Virus record (IMG/VR): IMGVR_UViG_3300009031_000368
Coordinates: 64,001-128,000 of that record
Length of the DNA: 64,000 nucleotides
From: a virus
Taxonomy: Duplodnaviria; Caudoviricetes
Direction: 5' to 3' (one strand)
The stretch's first letter is position 1, and every line of letters starts with the position of its first letter. The notes beneath the pieces were generated by a model. That model was not told where the DNA came from. It was given only the letters and a program-made list of their open reading frames with translations, and made no database searches. A program made the position numbers and the translations under genes. Below are positions 57,384 to 64,000 of the stretch, piece after piece.

Positions 57384-58348
57384 ACCGTTTGCTTTACATT
57401 ATTTAAAAATAGTTCAAAACACTGTTGACATCTAAACGCATTTCCACCGTCGTTTATGAGCGATGAACGTTTACACCCATCCTCAATACAAACAGATTCC
57501 ATAAACTCGTTCCGATGCAATTTAGTGGTAGATTGCTCATGAAGCAATTCATCAACCTTTCGTCTAGAACGTTTATAGATTAAACGGACTCGCTCGCGGG
57601 ACAATTCCATCAGTCGGCCGATTTCAGCATAACTGACCGGGCCATATGATGATGTTTCAAAGATAAATCGCTCACGTATCGATAATTGAGAACTTGCCGC
57701 CAGGATGTCACGTATAACAAATTTATTGAACATTGAGTCGAACGACGCATGCAGGTAGCTACTATGGAGTGTCAATATTTTGTTCTTATTGTATAGCTGA
57801 AACTGCGGATCATCTGATGATTCCGATTGCAATTGATCCACTACCGCTTCATTACTGGTATGGCTCATATCGGCACGTATTTCGTCAAGCCGGACAACAC
57901 CAATCGTGTTTTTTAAACATCTCCATCCATATCCGTCTTTGACGATCCATCCTTCCGATAATGCCTGCTTTTGAATATATTGCCGGAACCACCAATTGGC
58001 ATATGTGAGAAATGAAACATTCTTTTCTGTCTCAAACTTCGTCACCGCCGGATATAGCGCTTCAAGTCCAGAATGAACAAGATCCACCATCGTTACAGTG
58101 ATCTTCTTTTGAAGCATCATGTCGTGAATCTTTTTTGCCTCCTTGAATATGAAGTAAAAGCATGCGCCCATCATCTTAGCCATAATGGCACGCTGTTCAT
58201 CGGTAACCTGTTTATCCCGTGGCAACAGCTCCAATTGTTGATATCTCAACACCAAACGTATCTTCTCGTGTTCATCAATCGGCGTGGTATCAAGTCCGTC
58301 AACCAGTCTCTTTAACTCTTTATTATTTCCAACAACGTCCTGCTTCAT
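57380..58348 (-). CDS. Sigma70-family RNA polymerase sigma factor
   Basis: DLVHSGLEAL...KFETEKNVSFLTYANWWFRQYI (region 2) and SYAEIGRLMELSRERVRLI (region 4). Confidence 0.9.
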   Translation of the reverse strand: MKQDVVGNNKELKRLVDGLDTTPIDEHEKIRLVLRYQQLELLPRDKQVTDEQRAIMAKMMGACFYFIFKEAKKIHDMMLQKKITVTMVDLVHSGLEALYPAVTKFETEKNVSFLTYANWWFRQYIQKQALSEGWIVKDGYGWRCLKNTIGVVRLDEIRADMSHTSNEAVVDQLQSESSDDPQFQLYNKNKILTLHSSYLHASFDSMFNKFVIRDILAASSQLSIRERFIFETSSYGPVSYAEIGRLMELSRERVRLIYKRSRRKVDELLHEQSTTKLHRNEFMESVCIEDGCKRSSLINDGGNAFRCQQCFELFLNNVKQTV

Positions 58349-58460
58349 TACATTGAATCCATAACAACTCCTACTACTCTATGTTTAATCAATATTGTAA
58401 ATGTGCTTTCCAAACAATCATCAACACCATCGTAGCAGACATACAGTGTTGTTACAATTC

Positions 58461-58488
58461 AATCTAACATTACTGTACGGCGTGTCAA
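58461..58488 (-). promoter_or_regulatory. Sigma70-like promoter upstream of the phage sigma gene
   Basis: TTGACA (58488-58483), 16 nt, TAGATT (58466-58461). Confidence 0.5.
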
Positions 58489-58517
58489 TGGTTTTAATGA
58501 AAATGTTTGAAAATAGT

Positions 58518-60473
58518 TTAGATCGATTCCATGAACTGTCTGAACTTATCCCAATTGTTGGTATATTGAAATGGCGGGAGAGACTTCAACAGCAATTGAC
58601 CATACGGCTTATTGACGATACGGTTATCGAGTAATACGAACGTTCCCTTATCGGTGATGCTTCTAATCAGTCGCCCGGCCGCTTGTGCCAACACGATACC
58701 GGTTAACGGCATGATGAAGTTATTCCATCCGCTCATCCCCTTCTTTTCAATCAATTGCTGGATGGCGGCTAATACTGGATCATCTGGTACCGGGAATGGA
58801 AGCTTATCCATAATTACTGTCTGTAGCGCGTCACCGGCCACATCTACGCCTTCAAAAAAGCTCTTGGTGGCAAACAGTACCGAATTGGTGTCCTGCTTAA
58901 ATTCCTCCAGTACCAGCTGCCGTGACTTATTTTCCTGTAACATCAAATTTCGGCCAGATTGCCTGATACGGTCGGCCAACAACCTTGAGCAATTATTGAG
59001 AGATTTGAATGATGTGAACAAACACAGTACGCCACCTTTCGTGCAATCAATTGCGCGCATCATCAATTCGGCCGTTTCGCTATCATCAAAATCCTTTGAC
59101 CTATCGTTTCGGTCTGGGATGAACAGCAATCCGTTATTCTTCAAATCAAAAGGACTCTTAAGCTTTAGAGTCTTGATATCCTTTGGCGCACCGACCTGGG
59201 ATGCAATATAGTTAAAGTTGCCAAGTGTCGTCATGGTGGCACTTGTCAACACGGTCGCATGCTTATCGTCGAATAGCTTACTGCCTATCCAGTCCGATAC
59301 ATCTATGGGAGAAAACTTAACCGTCAGCTTCCATTGCTTAGCTGCCGTGGCGAAACCATCATTTTCACTCCATACGACAAAATCATCAGTAGATCCTGCA
59401 CCGATTCGTTCAACTGCCTTTCGGAATTCTGACAAACTTGTTGCCAACATTTCCAAATTGGCAGAGTCTCGTTCTGCCGTCGTATCGCTTTTTGCCTTGA
59501 GCCGCACTTCTCTCAAAAGTTCATCGATGCGCTTCAGTGCAACCGTAATGTTTAACTCGCCTGGCTGGATCCTTCGCTTTTCCTTAAAGTCCTTCATCTG
59601 AGCTTGAATGAGCTGTAACAGATCTCTAATCGATGTCTGGAATTTTTCAATAACATCCTGTTCTATGTATTTGTTGAGTCGACCAGCAAGCCACTTTGAT
59701 TTACTTTCCGACACTTCGCCGGATTGAAACGCTCTGGCAATTTCGGTAATCTGATGCGCTTCATCACAGATCAATACATCGAATGGAGGCAGCACTTCAC
59801 CATCTAACTTGAAGTCTGTCATCAATAGGTGATAGTTGACGACAATGACTTGTGCTCTAGCCAGACCTTGCCTGGCCCGGTTGGCATAACATTCACCGAC
59901 AAGTGGACACTTGGCCTTCAGGCATTCATTGCCTGATACCGATACGTTGCTCCATTCCTGTTTGGGATTAAACGTCAGCTCCGACTTATCGCCGGTTTCA
60001 GTACTTTCCGCCCAACCGATCAGTTTTTGTTTTATCTCACGGGATTCATCAGACGCATATAGCTGGTTTTCATTCGTGTAATCGTCATACCTGTGCCGGC
60101 AGAGGAAGTTAGATCGGCCTTTTACAAGTGCAAACTCGAAATCCCATGGCAGCATGGCCTTCAACATTGGAAGGTCTTTGTAGTATAGCTGCTCCTGTAA
60201 CGCAATGTTGGCCGTGGCTACAATTACCGTGCCACCGGTACGTGCCGCATGCTCGATACCAGGTATCAAATATGACAGGCTCTTACCTACGCCGCACGGT
60301 CCTTCAATAAGGATATGCTGAGTACCATCAACATGATTTTCAATGCCATCAATGACATCACAAACCGCTTTAGCCATGACGACTTGTGATTCCCTACGCG
60401 GAAAACCGTAATCCTCCAGGATTCCTGCTTCGCCAAATGTTCGCTTCATGCCGGTCAGCTGTGCCTGATTCAT
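58518..60473 (-). CDS. DinG/YoaA-family helicase with an Fe-S cluster
   Basis: GPCGVGKSLSYL, LVKGRSNFLC, C..AKCP...C, ICDEAH, LTSAT, FFEGVDV, QAAGRLIRS. Confidence 0.93.
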   Translation of the reverse strand: MNQAQLTGMKRTFGEAGILEDYGFPRRESQVVMAKAVCDVIDGIENHVDGTQHILIEGPCGVGKSLSYLIPGIEHAARTGGTVIVATANIALQEQLYYKDLPMLKAMLPWDFEFALVKGRSNFLCRHRYDDYTNENQLYASDESREIKQKLIGWAESTETGDKSELTFNPKQEWSNVSVSGNECLKAKCPLVGECYANRARQGLARAQVIVVNYHLLMTDFKLDGEVLPPFDVLICDEAHQITEIARAFQSGEVSESKSKWLAGRLNKYIEQDVIEKFQTSIRDLLQLIQAQMKDFKEKRRIQPGELNITVALKRIDELLREVRLKAKSDTTAERDSANLEMLATSLSEFRKAVERIGAGSTDDFVVWSENDGFATAAKQWKLTVKFSPIDVSDWIGSKLFDDKHATVLTSATMTTLGNFNYIASQVGAPKDIKTLKLKSPFDLKNNGLLFIPDRNDRSKDFDDSETAELMMRAIDCTKGGVLCLFTSFKSLNNCSRLLADRIRQSGRNLMLQENKSRQLVLEEFKQDTNSVLFATKSFFEGVDVAGDALQTVIMDKLPFPVPDDPVLAAIQQLIEKKGMSGWNNFIMPLTGIVLAQAAGRLIRSITDKGTFVLLDNRIVNKPYGQLLLKSLPPFQYTNNWDKFRQFMESI

Positions 60474-60529
60474 ATTGTGTCCTTTGAACGTTTGTCAATC
60501 ACAATATCACAACTGGCCCGATTTGTCCA

Positions 60530-60801
60530 TTATACCGATAGGAATTCTTTAATGGTGAGCAATGCCTGATATACAGATGCTTCTCTGTCAGAGATATCTC
60601 TTAACTTAATTTTTCTATGTGTAAATCCACTGGTAGAATCTACCCATACAGCACCATCTTCTATGTATAAATACTCATCAACATGTGGATCTGGAAACTC
60701 CAGTTTGTTTCTAATTTCTGACGAAAGAAGATTATAAATCCAGATAATTGAATGTCAACACTGGTAGGAATGCCTACCGTTTTATTAATTGTTTGTGCCA
60801 T
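60530..60801 (-). pseudogene. Small (~90 aa) gene broken by an apparent 1-bp deletion near 60737
   Basis: MAQTINKTVGIPTSVDIQLSGF in one frame continues as YNLLSSEIRNKLEFPDPHVDEYLYIEDG...EFLSV* in the -1 frame; span is 272 bp. Confidence 0.55.
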
Positions 60802-60814
60802 TATTCATGTTACC

Positions 60815-61189
60815 TCAATACCTCAATGTCTGAATATCAACATTTCCAGTGTCATCAGTCAACCACGTTCGGCCCCAAAGTCGATATTGCTTATTTGGCC
60901 AACCTTCGCCACGAATCGCTTTCGACACATTGATACAATCTCTGGATTGACTGTTCCCACGATCTGCCAACGGTTGTTCATACTGTGTGATGACGTCATA
61001 TAGAGAATTAAACATCTGCATACATTTTGGACAAGCATAGTTATTGAAAATCAAGTAACACATAGCCATCAATACTTTTGATTTTTCTGCCTTACTGTAT
61101 CCGGCCCAATATTCTGGCCGACACTCTGTTGGATTATTCTCGTGGATTTGTTGATGTTCAATATTCATATTATATAAATCACTTTTCAA
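60815..61189 (-). CDS. Hypothetical protein
   Basis: 124-aa ORF. Confidence 0.5.
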   Translation of the reverse strand: MKSDLYNMNIEHQQIHENNPTECRPEYWAGYSKAEKSKVLMAMCYLIFNNYACPKCMQMFNSLYDVITQYEQPLADRGNSQSRDCINVSKAIRGEGWPNKQYRLWGRTWLTDDTGNVDIQTLRY

Positions 61190-61207
61190 ATAACTTTATG
61201 ATTAACT

Positions 61208-63058
61208 TCATTCAAATTGAGAACTTATCGCCTCATACAATGCCTGTGACAGTTGTTCCCAACTATACCCATTTTCCATTCCGGACTTAATGAAATCATT
61301 TATATCTTTTACCATCACACCACCAGTATAGCGGTAAAGATATTCCCAATCAATAAATCTTGCGCAAATGTTTCTTTTTGCTAGATTTTCAAAGCAACGT
61401 TGCGCACTTGTTTGACCAACACCATTATTATCGACATGATAAGCTATCAATACATACTGTACGCCAGATTGTGCCAACAGTTCGGACATACTGTCGCCGG
61501 CCATAGCTGCTGAATCAATCGCACCAACGACATCTGTCCCGTCAAATATCGTTTCAGTTATCCATGTGTCCATTGCACCTTCGGTAAGGATGACTGAGTT
61601 CTGTGTTAATTTCGGCGTTCCATAATGGAGCGGGAGTTTATTGTGAGTCTTCTTCAGTCCCTTAACCGATTGATACTTTCCGGTCGTTTCATCGGCTTGC
61701 TCGAATCGATGCAAGATGTTACGCACTGTTCCATTTTCATCGAACACTGGGAATCCTAGACAATTTCCGAATGATAGCATCTTTCCATACCGCCACCTCC
61801 TGACTATCTGGTTGGAATAGTCCGGCGCATTACGATCCGCGTATACGATTCTACCATCACCAACATTCTGATGGATGACTTCTTCGGGAATTCCTCGCTG
61901 TTCCAGAAATTCTGCAACCTGCTCGGTTTTATAATCGGTCAGTTGTTGCACGGTTTCAGTAAGATCAGTATCTGGAATGACGGAATCACTGACCGATTCA
62001 ATCGTAGATGAAACTTTTCCAGTAACCGATTTCGTAATAGTCTGGAGTGTAGCAGTCACGTCTCGCGCAATTGATTGCAGTGACAATAGGCTTGAATCCC
62101 AGCCATCAAATGTCTGCGCGGCAAGTTCAACCGCATAATCGCTTATACGGCCACTGTAATGCTTCATGAATTCATATAGCGTCATACCGATAGCTGCAGC
62201 AAAGTCTTTGAACGCACCACGTTGACCACTTTTTATATGATACCATGCATTGTTTTTGAGCGAGATGTTTCGAGAACCGTGAACGCTTGGTTCAAATGCC
62301 GTTCCGGCCCATGGTGCAAACATTAATGCGCCACGTTCAAACCTGTAGTCAGGACTATTGTCGATTATTGATTGAACGGTTACCACAAGCATATCTTCCC
62401 GCGAATATGCCCAATCAGTTTTATTTGCAACTGCAACTACTGGCCGGTCATCAACTTCGCGGTTATCTGTACAGGCATTTGATTTATCACCATATTGTTC
62501 TGACAAATATGGAACAGTAACATTTATATCCTTTACCGCTTCAGCAATATCAAACACATGAGTGAGCCGATGGTGGATAATATTAGCCCGTTCAGCCTTA
62601 TCGTAATCTAACGCATATTCCAAATGACGTCTGTAGCGTGGTGCCTTTCCCGTGCTAACCATTATGGCATTTACACATCCAAGTTTGATTAGCTTATCCA
62701 TGGCAACCTTTATGGCATGTTTCTTAACACCAAGTTTTTCTGCCATATTGTCTTGCTTCATCTTTACTTTTGAATATTTCGTCCCTGGCCGGTAATCATC
62801 GTCCAAGCTATTCAATAATCTGAATAACGAATAGTGCAAGGTAAGTAGGCCAGATTCGTAATCGGCACGGATTGATGCCTGTACCGCGCTACGACGGTTT
62901 TCCTGCTCAATCATCCACCGTGTACTATGTGGACGCAAAATAATGGAGCTTTTCTTCCATTCGTTATTGACATTCATTGTTTTACCAGCTAAAATTGATG
63001 TTGAACTTTGATTAGGTAACATTTGTGTTTCCTTTATGGCCGTAGAAATTGCGGCCAT
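61208..63058 (-). CDS. wHTH plus primase-like (TOPRIM) fusion protein, possible replication initiator
   Basis: KQDNMAEKLGVKKHAIKVAMDKLIKLG (wHTH), EFLEQRGI, ILTEGAMD, IAYHVDNNGVG. Confidence 0.65.
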   Translation of the reverse strand: MAAISTAIKETQMLPNQSSTSILAGKTMNVNNEWKKSSIILRPHSTRWMIEQENRRSAVQASIRADYESGLLTLHYSLFRLLNSLDDDYRPGTKYSKVKMKQDNMAEKLGVKKHAIKVAMDKLIKLGCVNAIMVSTGKAPRYRRHLEYALDYDKAERANIIHHRLTHVFDIAEAVKDINVTVPYLSEQYGDKSNACTDNREVDDRPVVAVANKTDWAYSREDMLVVTVQSIIDNSPDYRFERGALMFAPWAGTAFEPSVHGSRNISLKNNAWYHIKSGQRGAFKDFAAAIGMTLYEFMKHYSGRISDYAVELAAQTFDGWDSSLLSLQSIARDVTATLQTITKSVTGKVSSTIESVSDSVIPDTDLTETVQQLTDYKTEQVAEFLEQRGIPEEVIHQNVGDGRIVYADRNAPDYSNQIVRRWRYGKMLSFGNCLGFPVFDENGTVRNILHRFEQADETTGKYQSVKGLKKTHNKLPLHYGTPKLTQNSVILTEGAMDTWITETIFDGTDVVGAIDSAAMAGDSMSELLAQSGVQYVLIAYHVDNNGVGQTSAQRCFENLAKRNICARFIDWEYLYRYTGGVMVKDINDFIKSGMENGYSWEQLSQALYEAISSQFE

Positions 63059-63081
63059 TTTTATTTGTTCAATTGTTATTC

Positions 63082-63330
63082 TTACTCTACCACTTCAAAC
63101 GTCTTACGATTATCAATCATATTAATTCTGATCCGACCCGAATTCTTCAGATCATTTATTCCATCATAAATATGGCATCTGGTAACTCCGATGAGCCTTG
63201 CCAAATCTGTAACTCTGAATTGATTGTTTCCTGCCCGGATGAATTCCACCAACGCTCTTCTTATCGTAATATCCCTGCCCTTATACTCTTCAACGATACG
63301 TTCAACCTCTGGTGTTACTACTATACGCAT
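63082..63330 (-). CDS. Small HTH DNA-binding protein
   Basis: VTDLARLIGVTRCHIYDGINDLKNSG. Confidence 0.75.
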   Translation of the reverse strand: MRIVVTPEVERIVEEYKGRDITIRRALVEFIRAGNNQFRVTDLARLIGVTRCHIYDGINDLKNSGRIRINMIDNRKTFEVVE

Positions 63331-63356
63331 AACATGCTCCTAACTTCTTACAATAG

Positions 63357-63386
63357 ATTATATCTAAACTATACATATTGTGTCAA
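63357..63386 (-). promoter_or_regulatory. Sigma70-like promoter for the HTH/replication operon
   Basis: TTGACA (63386-63381), 18 nt, TATAAT (63362-63357), then an AGGAG RBS. Confidence 0.65.
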
Positions 63387-64000
63387 CTGCTACAAACGAA
63401 ATACTTTAACAGGCGATCATATACACCACCTGAAAGATCCTCTCTCTCCTCTCTCCGAGAGAAAGAGAGAGTCTGATCGTTTATGATCACTAAGCGATAA
63501 ATCAACAATAGCACCATTGACGGTAAATGTGAATGTATTTTTGTAATGGAAGGAAAACTTCTACGATGAAGAATAAAAGGATGAGGTGAGTTGACGTGTT
63601 AATCTAACTCTGATTCAATGATTCGGCGGGAGGTTTGTCTGGCACGTTTCTTTGCACCAATCAGGCAGGGATTGCGTTGATTTCTAGGACAACTGCTATG
63701 ACTGAAGATCGGGCGCTTTTGATACTTGGAACCGTAATCGTTCCTGTTACGGTAGATATTGTCTCGTTCTAATCCGTATGGGCGCATGATGGATCCAATA
63801 TATGATGTTGTGGACAACGACACCCACATGGTGCAATTGATTGCCAACCGGCTAACCTATTTACAACGGTTGGAGGCAAAGTTTTGACGTTACACTCCCA
63901 GAAGATTTCGGCCGGACATCCTTGCCGGTTACATCGGACCAGATAGTAAATATCGTTGATTTGAACTTCATTGAGTCCGAACATCTTTTTACCGTAACGT

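Larger units (their letters stand above)
2530..63844. repeat. Dispersed 12-14 bp palindrome (Y)GCAATYRATTGC(R), 18 exact copies of the 12-bp core
   Basis: 12-mer starts at 2530, 6496, 11084, 19420, 25443, 26769, 30907, 32053, 35916, 38651, 44190, 46393, 48357, 53617, 56600, 59043, 62067, 63833; one-mismatch copies at 21840 and 49097. Confidence 0.95.

Noticed and set aside
688-63486. Numerous 60-200 aa plus-strand ORFs in the ORF track
   Set aside because: They lie antisense to well-supported minus-strand genes and show no recognisable motifs; only 37824..38345 and 49173..52457 are accepted.
2530-63844. The palindrome as a by-product of a repeated peptide, or as CRISPR or IS ends
   Set aside because: It is read in three frames as different peptides in unrelated proteins, is only 12-14 bp, and has no spacers, transposase or consistent target duplications.
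1-64000. tRNA, rRNA or a T4-type late promoter consensus
   Set aside because: None recognised by eye; tRNAscan/Infernal and upstream-motif discovery would be needed to exclude them.

Overview
64 kb from a large tailed bacterial phage (T4-like, jumbo-type myovirus), almost entirely encoded on the minus strand. Left third: virion morphogenesis (tail sheath, neck proteins, probable internal head proteins, gp23-like major capsid, gp21-like prohead protease with an intein and a fused coiled-coil, portal, large and probable small terminase). Middle and right: recombination, replication and accessory genes (SSB-like, RusA, Cas4-like exonuclease, Hjc-like resolvase, Dam, HD hydrolase, RecA, ClpP-like, PLD nuclease, gp32-like SSB, primase, SF2 helicase, HslV-like, amidase endolysin, ComEA-like, DnaB, DnaC-like, sigma70-family factor, DinG helicase, wHTH-TOPRIM protein). 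Two signals stand out beyond standard annotation. (1) A second set of truncated, catalytically degenerate paralogs of the phage's own head genes (TerL x2, portal x2, prohead protease, major capsid x2, TerS) lies among the non-structural genes. It partly keeps the original gene order, and the two blocks I compared at codon level differ mostly synonymously, so these may be decoys or assembly modulators. (2) A palindrome GCAATYRATTGC occurs at least 18 times, roughly every 3.5 kb, mostly inside genes and in all three reading frames. Also seen: a shared N-terminal peptide on several probable internal head proteins, a candidate programmed -1 frameshift, and two frameshifted small genes. All homology calls were made by eye, without database searches.
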